NCBI GenBank assembly: GCA_028534125.1
Contig: CM052816.1
Location: forward strand, 39,682,001-39,746,000
Length of the DNA: 64,000 nt
From: Lama glama
Taxonomy: Eukaryota
Reading direction: 5' to 3'
Within the stretch, counting starts at the first letter, position 1. Each line of letters opens with the position of its first letter. A program made the translations under genes and the position numbers. Under the pieces are notes generated by a model. It searched no databases and had not been told where the DNA came from. It worked only from the letters and a program-made list of their open reading frames with translations. Positions 1 to 14,001 of the stretch are shown piece by piece.

Positions 1-1200
1 AGCAATGATACCCCCTAGCAATAACCACCCCAGAGCCGAGATCTTCATTTCTAATACCATTCTCCAATAAAGTGAACCAGGGAGCTTTGCAGGAATGACC
101 AATTCTACAGCTGCAAAGGAGACTACACAAGATGAGTGTGAAGTATCTTGTAATGCCAAAATTTAAGGAAATGATAAAAAACAAACTAAACAACCAAACC
201 AAACCAAAAAATAACAACAAAAAACCTGATGTGGTATGTCAAAGGGAGGTAAGAAACAAATGAAAGAGCTCCTAGTGGTCAGTGCTGGAACAATCTGAAC
301 TTCAAAATAAAGAAATAATGGATTATAAACCAAAGTATAAAATACACATCTATTAGTCAAATTGGTATAAATAAATATTAAGCAAAAAACGTAAATTGAG
401 GAACAGAGGCCAATCTTCAGTGCAGAATTAAAATAAAATTTAATTAAAATAGGTGAATACTAATTCCTTACTCCTTAACTACAAGCTGTGCTTGAATGAG
501 TAATTTTACAATGGAGAAATCTCTCAATTAGATGATCAAAGTTAACACCAATAGTGATGTCATATTGATAGTGTAGGTATGTACCTTAGATATGATGTGA
601 TGAGACTCGCACTGTCACTCTGTGTTCTTCCTCCACAGCCCCAGTGTAATCATGAGAAAGACAATAAATTTCAACTGAGGGACATTCTACAAATGTATAA
701 ATACATGTACAAGATACAAATGTTACAGCTATTTATTTATACAAGATGTATACATTTATACAACTATTTATTTATATAATACATTCTATCAATAAATGTA
801 CAAAATAATGAATGTATAGATAGATATACAAAATACCTGACCAGTACCCTCAAGATCGTCAAGAACACCAAAATAAGGGAAGTTAGAGAAATTGTCATAG
901 TCCAGAGGAGCCTCAGGAGATATTACAACCAAGTGTAATGTGGTGTCCTAGATGGAATCCCGGAGCAGTAAAAAAACATTGTGTAAAAACTAAAGAAATC
1001 TAGAATAAAGGACGGTCTTTAGTTAATAATGCATCAATATCGGCTCCTTAGTTGTGAAAAATGAACCATACCAATTAATGTAAAATGTTAATAATAGAGG
1101 AGACTCTATGGTTATGTGTTATATATGGTGATTCTCTGGTTATGGTTATTCTCAATTTTTCTGTAGATCTAAAATTGCTCTACATTTTCAAAACATTTAT
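1..1200 (+). mobile_element. Ancient LINE-1 3' UTR (L1MC4/L1MD-like), runs off the left edge
   Basis: Motifs typical of L1MC/MD 3' ends: 'ctaataccattctccaataaa', 'tgagggacattctacaaa...aatacctgaccagtac', 'tgtaatgtggtgtcctagatggaatcc', 'caatttttctgtagatctaaaattgctct'. Confidence 0.75.
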
Positions 1201-1319
1201 TTAAATATCTATTCCTATTTCTCCCTTTTAAAAGTATATTGACTCTGGCAGTTATTGTTAATTTACACCCTTTTGGATATTATCATGCTAAAATAATACG
1301 ATCAAGAGTTGAAAAAGTG

Positions 1320-1640
1320 TGTTACATCTATAACATGGAATTCTACCCGGCAGTAAAAAGGAACAAACTGTCATACACACACAAACCATATGAATCACTA
1401 GGTCATTATGCTGAGTGAAATGGAGAATAGAGGGGTGGTTGCCATGCATCATGGAAAGGTGTGCGCAGGGATCCTTGTGGTCATAGAATTGTAAATGCAT
1501 TAATATCCATTTTCTGGTTGTGAAATTGTACTACAGATTTGCAAAATGTTTGGTTAGATGTTAGGTACACAGGATCTCTCTGTATTTTCACAACTGCATG
1601 TGGATCCACAATTAATCTCAAAAAGTTACTTAAAAAAAAG
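1320..1640 (+). mobile_element. Ancient L1M (L1MC-like) 3' end fragment
   Basis: 'catggaattctacccggcagtaaaaaggaacaaact...cattatgctgagtgaaa' and 'ggatctctctgtattttcacaactgcatgtggatccacaatt' followed by an A-rich tail. Confidence 0.65.
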
Positions 1641-4510
1641 TCTCTAAATGTTGAAAACAAACTAAAGCTAATGAACTTAACTGAATTAGGAGTCAGTGGC
1701 ATAATCACTAAAAGAGTCATTCCAAGAAGACTTAGAACAGCACTTTGCTCCTGTGGGGTACAGGTAGATGTGCAAGCGAGAAGAGAATTCTCTGGTTGCT
1801 TCTACTTCCTCTGTGAAACAGAAAGCACGGAGATCAGCGGAGGATGGGGGCCAGGGTTAACGTACTGGAGCTGAATTGGGAGAGTGTCATGGAAATGAGA
1901 CGAGATTACTGGACATCCTTAGGGTCACATTTGAGGTTACAGGGAGTGTACTTAAAGTGAGACAAAGTTCGCAGTTGTGTGTTTTTCTCAAGCAAGGATC
2001 AGTTGTAGGTCTGTGTAATAGGTGGAGAAGTGGCTTCTAAACAGGATGGGGCTTGCCAAGTTAGCATCACAAATCAAGAAAGAGGTAAAGCAGGTGAGGT
2101 TTTATGTAGGATAATAATGATAATGAAGGACAGTGAAACTTAAGCTGGGTAATGAGGATAATGTGAACATGAGAGTCTTGACTAGCAGTGAGAAAGTCAC
2201 TGGATCAATGGATTCTATCTGCTGACGGTGGAAGAACATTAGCAATTACTTGTTTCGCTATAATCCTTTTCTATGTTTAACACACAGGCTTCATAAAATC
2301 ACCTGAGTTCTAATACTTAGCTTTTTCTATGCTTCATGTTCTGAAGTTTCTATAAGTGGTAGCTTACATTTATAGGCTGCTGAGATTACATTTTTATTCA
2401 TTCATAGGACAAAGCCCACTTAGTAATTTTTCTTTAAAAATTATGGCTGTATATAAAATAGCCCAATTGGGCAGGTTATACAGCTTCCTTCTAAAACAAG
2501 ACAATATAATATGTTATCATCAGATGTTTACTAGAGATTCTATCTGCAAAATGTGAGTAGCATAACTTTATTTTAGATTCTGTAGTAATAAGTACCCTTG
2601 AAGTAAATGGATGAAAATGACTTCTGGGTGGCTTAGCTAAGCAATCACATGGCAGATCTGTGTACAGCAAAGCTAAATAATAGAATAAAAAGTTATCCTT
2701 TTTTGCAGCTATACCAGCTGTACCACTTGCTTTAGAAGAGGTTTATTAGGAAGATAGAAAGACCTAATTGCCCCTTACTAGAGAGTGAAAAGGAAAAGAG
2801 AACAAATTATAATGAAATATTTCTATAAACAGTGCTCTGAATAGACCACTTCTTTTCGACATATTCCAGCAATAGAGCCATCTTTGGATTATAAGGAGGG
2901 TACAACACAGACCTCAATGACCTGACATTATTATCTTCCTTCTCACACTATAATGTGTTATGAATGAAATCCTACCACAGTGTTCAGTTTCCTTGAGAAA
3001 AATCCATCTCCTTTCATTTTAAAACGTAATAAAGCAAAATAACATGAAATTTTGGAATTGCAAAGCCTGAAATATAAGAATATGTGTGTGTATATATATA
3101 TATATATATTTTTCTTTTGTCAAAAAAGAAATGAAAATCCACTGTTGTAGACTCAAACTCTACCAAGATAGATTTTGGCCTCCAATTACAATGACTCTGC
3201 TTGTGGGCCAAAGGAGAGAACATTTGAAGATAATAGGTCAGGGCACTGTTGTTACAATCTTATAATGTGTTACCTGTACCCCAAACACACAAACCGTATG
3301 ATGTGTAGATTTACGTCAAATTCCATTTATTTCACTATATTAACTGACAGACACAACAAAAGCTTTTGAAATGATTAATCTAAAAAATAATGTTAGAAAG
3401 CATATCCATACATATTTAACCTAAAATGCATAATATTTATTTATTTGCTAAAATACCAATATATGCCTCAAATTGATTTTTAGCTCTTTCTTATCTAACC
3501 TGTATTCATAGGACATCCATGTTTTCAGTTTTGGTTTCTTTAAATTAGAACATGAACTTAAATATATTTTTAAAGCTCTCTGGGGAACAAATTTAAATTG
3601 TATCATTTTCCCCAATCTTTTACAGCCAGCTCACATTTAATTTAATATCACAATTTTTATGCCATGCTGAAAGCATTTAACTTAATTAAATTAAGTAATT
3701 ATAATAATAACAAAAATGGCATAAACAAATTTTGGAAATAATTGCCACAACTGTTGGAAGCCTTCACCCTCCTTGGCAGAGAACTGTGTGGGTTTTCTGG
3801 AGCATCAGCGTGTCAGGGGCATTGATCTGGAGAGTACTGGGCAAATCCACAAGTCAGTTAAGTGGAAGGAAGTAGAGTAAAACCACTTAATGAGTCTGTT
3901 TTACATTCATTTCTTTTGCCCTATGAATGACAGTCCAGAAATCATCTGTAACTCCTTACAAACGGCCTGGGCCACCTCTTTCCTACTGCCACTTGTGCCA
4001 CCTCAAGCAAACGTAACTACCATGAACAACATTTTGGCAAAATACGATGCCAGCTCTGACTAATGCCTGTGGATTGGCGTATTTTCTGCTTCAACTCTTT
4101 TTCCAGATGACTGGATCTAAAATGGTGACAGGTGCTGTGGGCTTTATTACTCCTCTTCGGGAAAATATTTGAGTGAACTTAGATGTTTCTAAACAGTTGT
4201 GTGCGATCCTACCCAGCTAGCTTCCCTTCCTCATCCTTTATTACATATACTTCTAAATACTAAGCCTATCAATATGTAATAACCTGCTTCCCTCCTTCTA
4301 TCAAGCATGTCATATATTCAGAAAAGCAGGAAATGACTTTCAGGAACTTGATCTCTTTATGTTTCTACGTGGCTAAGTGACTGTGATGTTACCTAAAGTT
4401 GTGAGCAACTTTAAAGACCTCCAGCAAAAGGCCCATTACTTCCATTACTGCTGTTGGAACCAACTGCATTCCTCACACTGTGTTTTTAAACAGCCAATTT
4501 CTCATTTCCA

Positions 4511-4955
4511 TGTGAAAAGGATCAGAATATGCCATCCCCAAATACGCCACATTGGCATAAGGATTCTTTTGAACTGAAGGCAACTGAGAAAAAGCAGACA
4601 CAGGCTAGACTCTTCCCCTATGTGTCTAAAAGCAGGACGTAAACTCCTTGTCTCACAGAGATGGAGGCAGTGCCAGGGTGAGGCTGCAAAAAGTCTTACC
4701 AAATACCCTTATCTCCTTAGTTTCTCTTATAGATTTACCTTCTGTAATTTATTGCCTAGACCCCTTTTCCTTTGCCTTTTCACTTCTCCACAATTTGTTG
4801 TCCATTGTTAAAACGGTATGTGAGCCCCCAAGTTTAACTGCTTCTTTGGATCTTGAACTTATTTTCTATGAAGACCTCCATGCACATAAAACACTAAAAT
4901 ATTAACATCAAATAAATTTTGTATACCTTTTGCCTGTTAACTTGTCTTTTTTCTC
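4511..4955 (+). mobile_element. ERV1 solo LTR, MER34-like (3' end apparently truncated)
   Basis: Starts with TG, then 'aggatcagaatatgccatccccaaatacgccacattggcataaggattcttttgaactgaaggcaactgag'. AATAAA followed by 'ttttgtataccttttgcctgttaa' near the end. Confidence 0.75.
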
Positions 4956-5059
4956 TATTTACACATGTTAGAAATATACATATTTCAGTCCCCAATAACA
5001 TTTTTATTTCCCTTAAAACTGATTAGTACTCAGTGATGGAAAAAAACTGCATTGTCAGA

Positions 5060-5113
5060 TACATGTATATGTACATGTATATATATATTATATATATATA
5101 TATAATATATATA
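5060..5113. repeat. (TA)n-rich microsatellite
   Basis: Direct inspection. Confidence 0.85.
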
Positions 5114-5134
5114 ATTTCAGGGTACTATCATTGG

Positions 5135-5355
5135 TATTTAAGAGAGCTCTGTTGTCAGGCTGCCAACTTGTAAACTTGCTCCATCACTTACTGTGTAACC
5201 TTGAGAATTTAATTAAAATCTCTGGCTTTAGAAGGTTTTTTTTTAAATGAAAAAATTTGTTTCCTCGTTGACTTGTGGTGAAATGTAAAGGACTCTATAA
5301 ATATAAATCACACAGAACAATGAGTACTTGACCCATAGTTCTCAACCAATGTTAG
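5135..5355 (+). mobile_element. MIR SINE (degenerate)
   Basis: 'tccatcacttactgtgtaaccttgagaatttaattaaaatctctg' MIR core; ends 'ctcaaccaatgttagct'. Confidence 0.55.
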
Positions 5356-6759
5356 CTTTAAACAGTAGTATAAACATAGACTCCAGTACCACAAACACAC
5401 TGAAGCCAAACAGCAGTACTCAAATTATACTAAAGCTGTTAGCTTGAATTCAATTCATTGTGAAGCTTTAAAAAAATTCATTTGTAATTTGGCTTTGGTT
5501 TATTTCTCTAAATGAGCCCTCCGTTAATTCACATATGAGAAACACTGTCTTCAGTCTTCCACCATCCCAAGTTATGATAACTCAATTCAACCTATAAATA
5601 TGTACATTCATGGGGCATGTTGGACAAGACACAGATTAGCAAGATGTGGGTTCTAGCAAGGAGAAATATAACTTTTTTCTTCTTAGTAGAGGCTGAGGAG
5701 CTTGCTGTCTCAGGGAGTCAGGGAATTTGAATACAAATGGATTGCCAATTTACACTTGCAGCTTTTAGTTTATAAGATACTGGATGATACAATTATCTGT
5801 TTATGTACAATGATACAATGTACACTGGCATTTTTGTAGAAGTTAAATTGTCATCTAATATATTCAGCAGGATCAGATAAAAACCTCACCTCATTCCTTA
5901 TATGTAATTACTAATGTCAATAATTTAACACCTACCTCTGACTAATATAAAGCTAGTCAAGACTCGCACTTTTCATGGGAATTTCTTAGATATTCTAGAG
6001 CTACTTCTCCTAATTATCTGGCTCTTAACCCTTTTCTGTATTTTTGACATAGACATGAAAAATGAAATGATCTGACAGAAATATGAAGTAACAGGTTCAG
6101 AAAGTGCTTCTACAAATCGTGCGATGCTCTCCTACCCCTGTCAGATGACAAATGTGATGGATTTATTTAGTGGCATTTTGTACTCTGGTTGCAGAGCAAA
6201 GGTTTTCATGACACAGGAGCATTCAAGTGTTTATAACACCGAATATCTTGTCACTTGGCACATTAAATACCTTGTCATTTGCGCATGTTCTAAAACTGAC
6301 TCTATAGTCATTTAAATGATATTTAAAACATAATTTGAGAATGCATATCCAGCTCAGAAAAGGGCTGTGGAAAGATTAGGTTTTCATTTACAAATGAAAT
6401 CACATTAAAATATCCAGGACCCAGATCCATCTCTGGCATAGGCTGCTTCCCATGATGAATCTCTCAAGAAGCTGAAGGAAGGTGACCTTTTCAGAAAATG
6501 TCTCTGCTCTGAATGGTCTTTATTTAATCACACTGCCTAAACAACTGACCAATCTGTCTATCTCAGGATGTACATTATTCTGCTTTATTAGTCATTCATA
6601 CCTACTACTGAATACTGTAAAAGGTTTAAATTTTAGAACTTTATAGAAATTGAAGAACTCATCTAGGACACCCTCATATTTAATAGCTCAAGATTCAAGG
6701 TCATTTTAGCATAATGGTCAAAACCGTTCCTTCAGGGACAGGACTGCCTGAAGGTCACA

Positions 6760-6910
6760 GAAAAGCTGTGAGACCTTAGAGAAATCAATTAAATTTTCTT
6801 TGCCTCATCTTTCTCAGTTGTGAAGTGAGCATAATATCTGATCCCTTAGTAACCACCTCCCAGGTGACTGTGAGGATTAAATGCCACACTGTATATGACG
6901 CTTAGAAGAG
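6760..6910 (+). mobile_element. MIR SINE
   Basis: 'gctgtgagaccttagagaaatcaattaaa...gcctcatctttctcagttgtgaagtgag...tgtgaggattaaatg'. Confidence 0.65.
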
Positions 6911-8689
6911 GATCTATGTGATAAGTGATCTTTTTCTACCATTACTGTATTTACTATGGAGGACACAATTAACTCGCCGTAAGTGAGTATCAGGGTTAGT
7001 ATCTGTATATACTTTGAAAACCACTTCTTTTAGTAATTCACTAGGTGTCTGTGGGGGTAGAAAGGGGAAGAGGCACTGATGGTTCACAAACATGGGTGAC
7101 AATGCTGCCCCAAGAGATAAGACTTAGCCCACCTTCTTCAAGTGGCTTCTGTTCCGTAAGAGAGAGAGGGATACAGGAAGAGGTCTACACTCCTACTTGA
7201 TTTTTACTAGGAGATGAATACGACAACAGAAGAAAAGTTACTGAAGACAGGCCCTTCTGCCTGGCTTCCTCATACCTCCAACAGTCAATTAAATGGTGCT
7301 CTGGTAAATGGAAGAAATTACTGCAGTTATTTGTCACGTATAAACAAGCCAAGCACAGTGAAATTCATAAAGTTAGCTATTTGCATCATCCTCAAATACA
7401 TTTTTCTAAGATCAAAGTGAATGAGTAGAAATCATAACAGGAATCCAGTTACAACATAGAGAACTAACATTGTTTTAGTAGAATATTTAAAAACAATCAT
7501 CAGCCTCATGAAATCATTGAATGAGGCCACAAATAAAAACATCATATCAGTGAAAACAGCAGAGAACTTTACAATTCTTTGTGAAATCGAGGCATAGAAT
7601 CAGTTTAGTGAATACTGCATGTTTTCTAAGTGCATTCTCAACGTTAGAACCCAATTGCTTTATTTTCAAAATCTCTATTTCCCCATCCTAATCATCCTTT
7701 TCCATGTTAGGCAGGGGATTACAATGTTTCTAGTATACCCAGAACACTAGGTGAACTTATTCTCTCTGCTATATGTAGATTTAAGTCAGTAATTGGCTGG
7801 CTGCTGAAATTTCCCATTATTTGTTAAATAAAAACAAAAAACAAACAAACAAAAAAACTACATTATTCTATTGTGTATGTATCCTTTGCCTTTACTTGTA
7901 AGACCACTCCTTACCAAATAGTAGCCATTTCATCTCAGTAAAACCTGGGAAATTCAGCACAGAAAAATTAAAGCCTTTTCCCTGAAGTGTGCCCTCTTGG
8001 GAAAGCACGAGCAGCGATGCTAGAATTGGAAAAGGGCCAGCTCTTACATGGAATGAGTTTTCTCCCTATTCATACCTTCACTAATACCCGGGTAATGGAA
8101 AGGGATGTGCTGGCAGGAAGATGAGGGTCAGAGTGTTTCTAAAAGGCGACAGGAAGGAATTACGCTGACAGCTTCTATCATTGCCTCCCCAGTGATGCAA
8201 TGCCAGGGGGGACGTGTAAGAAGCTATGGTTGCCACCAATCCCAAAATATCCAGGCAAAGCTCTCATGCTCTATATCTATATATAGCCCTAGATACACGC
8301 CAATTTGGGGTATAAATTGTATCAGAAGATGGAAGAAGACAAGCTGAAGTGATTCAGTTGATTAGGCAGATAAAGGTGATTTGGGATCCACTGGGGATAG
8401 GACTCAGGGCAGGTAAGATAGCGAAGAAAGTGGAAGCTTAAGGTGATAATATCTTAACAGGGAGGTTACCGGATCCATGATGGACAGGAGATATTGGAAG
8501 AGAAACATATTGGAAGAGAAAGTATTGGGAACATACAAAAAGCCACTGTTAAATCAACATTAAAATACTAACTTTGGTGTTTCATTTTGTTTGTCTGATT
8601 TAGTTTCATGACTATGTTTAGCTCTGTTCTTTCTCTGACAGCATTTGCTTAGATTTTTATTTAGATTTCACAACCAAACAACATTTCAG

Positions 8690-8870
8690 GAGCATGCACA
8701 AGGAATCAGGGTCCGAGTCTGAGTCACTGCCCGGGCACTCACTCTTTTTGTAGTCCTGGGCGAGTCTGTAAGGCTTCTTCCTATCTGCAGAATAGTTCTC
8801 TTCCTAATACACAGTTTACGCTGTTGTTATAAAGACTGTGCAATGTAGATGGAAAATGCTTTGTAAAAAT
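8690..8870 (+). mobile_element. MIR SINE (degenerate)
   Basis: 'ggaatcagggtccgagtctgag...cctgggcgagtc...cctatctgcagaat...ggaaaatgctttgtaaa'. Confidence 0.5.
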
Positions 8871-11469
8871 TTAACTATTGGGCAGAATTACACTGCTTTA
8901 AAATTAGGGGGAAACATGAGATTCCTGTGGCAGCTTTATTTACTCTAATTTGTTAGTATTTTAAATAACGCTCATGCTATTTAGAATCTCTGAGTTTGCT
9001 TCTGCTTGAGCCCCTTCATGCTTCTGCTGACTGAGGGTTGCTGGTCAGTGTCACAGTGCTGGAAATTTAAGACAAGCCAGCGTCTAGGCCTGGGCAGAGA
9101 GCCAACATAGAAGAGATGAGTCCTAAGATCTAGGATGGTGTCTGCAGGAGGTGACAACAGACACTGAATCCAAAAGCTCATGCTGTGGGGAGTTTCCTGG
9201 GGACCTGGCAATAGTATTCTGGAACCATGTACACTAGAAGTTGTTCTGACATTTGCCTTCATGAGGCAAACAGCCAGGCTTTCTTTTTCAATCTTACTCT
9301 ACTTAGCCATCGCAGTTCAATTCAAAACACTCATGATAGTTTAATAACCCTGGGGCCAAGGCCCAAACCACCTCCTACCTCATTTCTGCTCTCTCTAGCC
9401 AAGCTTTCTGCAGGAGCTTTGTTTACAGGAATTCTAAAACATGACATTCCCCTCTACAAGTGACAGATTTTTGCTGCGCTCTCAATTAGCCATGATCAAC
9501 AGCTCTAATTATCATTGTAGCCAAGGCGAAAGTCAGAAGTAATTCCAAAACCTGGCTCCAGTGCCCAGCCAGCTCCTCGCTGCTGAGAAAGGCCGTGCAA
9601 CTTGGGTCTGCCACCTCCCCACAGGCCACTGTAGATCCCATGAATGTGTGTCACGCTAGAATTTGCCTCGACGCGTTCTCGGGAACGTGTCAAAATATTC
9701 TCACTGTTCAGTCAAAGATGGAGACGTGCTTCCATATCCAGTTAGTGTAGATTAGCAACAACAACAAAACAGAAGACAAAACCAAAAGCTTCTGACCACT
9801 TGTTTCCCGTCTAAATTGACAGACTCCCAGTTTCTGTGCTTCAGCTTCTTGTTGCTATCAAAGCAACGCAGTCTTTTTCTAAACACAGATGATTCTTTTT
9901 CATTACTGACATGACATTGTGTTTTGCTCTAAGTTTATGTTAAATTATCGATCTTTCCTTAAAATGAGACTCTTCCCATAACGACTGCTCACAGTCATCC
10001 TCTGTGTTTTATTCTATTTTAGCCACTGATCAGAGCAAAGCTTACTTGGTCTTTGACAAGAAATTCTGTTTCATAAATGTCTACATTTACTCTGTGTCAT
10101 ATATCTATAATGTACCTTTTTAGTTTGCTGCATTTAAGCATAAGAGTGAATAAAGAAAATGACTTTTCTAAGTCACAGAGCATTATTTTTCTTCCTTTTC
10201 CCTCAGCTTTCCTGAGGAATAATTGACAAAATTTATTTTTCTTCTTAATCCTAAGAAATAAGTTGTCAACTATGTCCACGTCCATGCCTTCATTTTACTT
10301 TCAAATGCTTTCACCTGGTCTCAGCAGTGATGCTCAGAGGGAGGTTACAGAGAAGATCAGACAGTGGATAGATGCTATTATTCTGTCTCTTGAAATTTTT
10401 ATGGACTTTCCAGTCCTTACACAGAAATTTACAAAAGAAAACTTTTTTTTTTCTCACCAGCACCACAAGCAACGTATAAGAAGCTGGGGCCATTAATAGT
10501 CCAGTATTATTCACTGGGTTTTCAGTTACTTTAAAATGCATCTTTGCCCCTAGTACTGATTTATTTACAGGTCTCTGGTTGGGTCTTGTTCTAATCTGAT
10601 GGGTTACGGCTTCCAAAACCCAGTATTGAGCTGGAGGTTATAACTACAAAGGTCAGTTTAGAAGTTTTTCCATTTCACCTAGCATCTGTGGTCATAAACA
10701 AAGTCAGCTCCCTTCGCTACTATGTAATTCCTCTATAGGAAGTAACAATTTCTCTGAGAACCACTGGTTTTCACTGCATTTTCAATATGATTTAATCCTA
10801 ACAGGATTTACCTAAATATTTCCCTAACAGCAAAATATATTCTCCAGAGTTTCTAGAGAAGAAGGGAGATGAAAATAGTGCACCTGGGAAAACACGGTTT
10901 ACTTGTAAAGCCTCACTGACTTGTGCACATCTGTGTTTATTAGCAGTTCATCAAATTAAAGTAGCAGCAATACTGATATAATGCAAGGTACTTACTTGGT
11001 AATTATCAAGTTCCTTTGAACTTGTAGGTTCAGCCAGTCCACATGATACATGGTTTTCTGAATGTTAGTTGGTTTGTGGTTTTTCCAGACAGGTAATCCA
11101 AACAATTAAATTAGTAAATAAAGGGCCCAAAGATAAAATTTTAATTATTCAAAGTTAAAAAAATTATCACAAAGTTTGGGCATGTATAGATATATGTATG
11201 CAAAATGTAATGAAATATATATATATTTCAATCAAGACCATCAAATCCAAAATTCAGTCTAATTTTGCCATCATTACATTTGAATCAATTCCTTAAAAAA
11301 TGATTACTAAAAAGTGGCAGGGTTCATTACATATCCTACAGAGGCTCATCTAATGAAGATTTTATTTCCATAATAACCAATCATATTGCTTTTTCCAAGT
11401 GCATACTTGGTAAATTATGGAAAGTATGACACACAAGCATTATGTCATGTAATTCTCATAAAAGCACAA

Positions 11470-11710
11470 CACATACGAGTGAGGGGAGCAGACTGCCTGA
11501 GCTCACAGTCTGTCGTCTGCACTCACCAGCTGTGTGACCCTTGGTCTATCTCTTCACCTCTCTGTGGCTCCGCATCTTCATCCAGAAAATTGGAATGATG
11601 ATAACAGCACATAACTCATGAGGCTGCTGTAAGAACAAAATGTGATAATTCATATGAAATGCTTAAGAGGCCTAACACCTAGTAAGCCCTTAATAAACGG
11701 CCCTATTGCA
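11470..11710 (+). mobile_element. MIR SINE
   Basis: 'gcagactgcctgagctcacag...cactcaccagctgtgtgacccttgg...cacctctctgtggctccgcatcttcatccagaaaattggaatgatgataacagcac...tagtaagcccttaataaac'. Confidence 0.75.
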
Positions 11711-13019
11711 ATGATACGAATGCTCTTATCATCACATTTCATGTATGAATAAAATGAGCCCTAGTTTGAAGGAGGTTTCATGAGCACACAGATGATGGAC
11801 TGCGGAGCTGGAATTTGAACACAGGTGTGTCTTTTTTTTTAAAGTCAGAGTCCTCATTTACTGCTCAGTCGTCCTCACTGCTAGTGAACTGTTTGCCATT
11901 GAAAATCCAGAGATTTTCAGAAATCATCCCCCTCAGGAATACCATTTGTTCTAATGTGAAATTTTTTTTAAAAAGTTTATTGAAAATAAATAGATTTTGT
12001 TGTTCTTGTCAATCAATACTTATGACTTTTTTACTCAAAATTAAAGATTTTTGCTAACTTGGGATATATACCATTTACTAGTTCACTTGTTTATTTAATA
12101 AATAATTGAAGAATAAACTATATCTTTCAAAATCACTTTCTGAAGAAAGCTCAGGTGTTAAAATCCATAAATATTTGAAAACCAGGAGTTCTTAACTGAT
12201 ACTTATTCATACCTTAAGTGAGTGTGAGTTTCACTATTATTCAGTTAGGGTTTTGTTTCTTTTTTCCTTCAGATGTACAGAAATTTTTAAAGGTCTCTTT
12301 TAATAAAGATTTGGCTCCCTAGAAACCACTGAGTTTTGCCTTATCTCGTGGTGTTACTTAAATCCTGCTTATGTGCTTTACTTCTCTGCATGTTAATGGT
12401 GACCTTGAAAGCTGAGGATTTCTTTGAAATATTCTCTGAATACCAGACTCTTCCCCTACTCCCCTCCCAAACCCAACCCCAACTGCCTAACACAGACACC
12501 CTGGGACTACTGCTATTATCAGACTTTCACCTCTATTGTCTCTAATCTTTGTCTCAAAAAATCCAGTTTTCTTCTCCACTGCCTATTTTTATTGTATTTA
12601 AATTTAGACACCATACATTTTTGTAACGTTCCATAAAAACAGACATTAACCTCCTTAAATATCTTTCAGCATCCCATAGGAATGAAATGAAAAGCAAATA
12701 AGATTTTAAAAGCATAGTATGTTTAACCAAAAAAAAAAAATTAGGGCAAACTGATGTGTGCAGCGCCACTGTCAGAAATTCAAATACCATTCTGAGGTCA
12801 CAACTTAAAAGAGCCCAGAGTTAAAAGATCACTTGGAAGAATGTTGGAATATATGGCAATTTAATGAATTTCCTAGTTTTAAGAGAGAATATTTTTAGTA
12901 GGATTATGTTATGATAAGAAAGTTTGGAAGTATAATAGAAAAACAGAAACGAGTTCTTTGGCTATCTCTTTCACATTCTATTTCTTTCTTTGTTTCTCTG
13001 TCTGTCTCTCTGTCCAGCA

Positions 13020-13340
13020 AGCCAAATAATTCCTGTAGCAATCATTCCCAGAGAGAAGAACTTGATCCATAACTAACAGTTTGCCTAACAGTTTGTTTTT
13101 GCTCCCAACTTAGGACCAACCCTGGGAGCCAAACATGCACCCTTTACCCATCACGTACTATGAGCAGCTTCCAGTCTTCCCACCAACAGCTCCCCAAGCC
13201 AAGTGCCTCCAATCCGGGCATACCCGTAGCCTTCTCTTTTTTCTATTCAAAGCCTTCCCACTCTTCTGCTTGTCTTTGAGTCTCTGCTAAATGCAAGTGA
13301 TGGCAGCTGACTAAACAAGTCTTGGCTTTTTCTTGCTTGG
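13020..13340 (+). mobile_element. ERV1-class LTR fragment (MER31-like)
   Basis: 'cctccaatccgggcatacccgtagccttctc...aaagccttcccactcttctgcttgtctttgagtctctgctaaatgcaagtgatggcagctgact' resembles MER31-group LTR U3/R. Family assignment is uncertain. Confidence 0.55.
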
Positions 13341-13534
13341 ACTGTCTTCATTCATTTTGCCACCTCCCTCTCCTTGAAGGAGCACAGGCTAGTGAGATAT
13401 TTCTTGATACACTGAAACTGAGTAATCATCAGTTAGATACATTAAATTATAACTTGCTTAATATATTTTCACACAAACTTGCATCTCTTCCAAGCTTTAT
13501 GGAGCCTAAACATCTCCTCCAAGCGTCTAAACAG

Positions 13535-14001
13535 TGAGATGTGCGCCCGAGTTGGTTTTCAGCAACTTGGAGTCAGTTGCTTGGAGTTCCAGCCAGAACA
13601 AGTTAGGGCTGGTTTGGACCACCAACCCTCTGACTGGGCATGTGTGAGTGCCCACTGGGTGATCTTTTGACATCAGAGGGCCAAAAACTCCACCCTTAGA
13701 ATGTGCTCACACTGCCATTTTCTCAACATGCCTCCCATGAAGAGGCCTGCAGCTTAGCTGAACCTGCGCATAATAATAATTTCCTCACCTTTTTCCTATT
13801 TCCAATTACCTTTCCCCTACATTCCCCACACCTCAGACCGCTCTGCTTCTTTATCACATAAATACCCTGACTCCCCGTCACCTTCTGGGAAGTGAATTTG
13901 AAATTTATTCTCTCATCTTCTCGCTTGACTGCCTTGTGGATAAACCTTCTCTCAGCATTTGGCTTGCTGTACATCAGGGAAACAAACCTGGTTTGGTAAC
14001 A
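13535..14001 (+). mobile_element. ERV1-class (MER4-group-like) solo LTR
   Basis: 'agggccaaaaactccaccctta...gccattttctcaacatg', TATA-like 'cataaataccc', degenerate polyA signal 'gataaacctt', ends 'tttggtaaca'. The 5' boundary is uncertain. Confidence 0.65.

Noticed and set aside
8491..8530. 16-bp tandem duplication (ATATTGGAAGAGAAA); similar small duplications near 13073, 39464 and 57205
   Set aside because: Two-copy slippage duplications with no spacers; not CRISPR-like and common in mammalian DNA.
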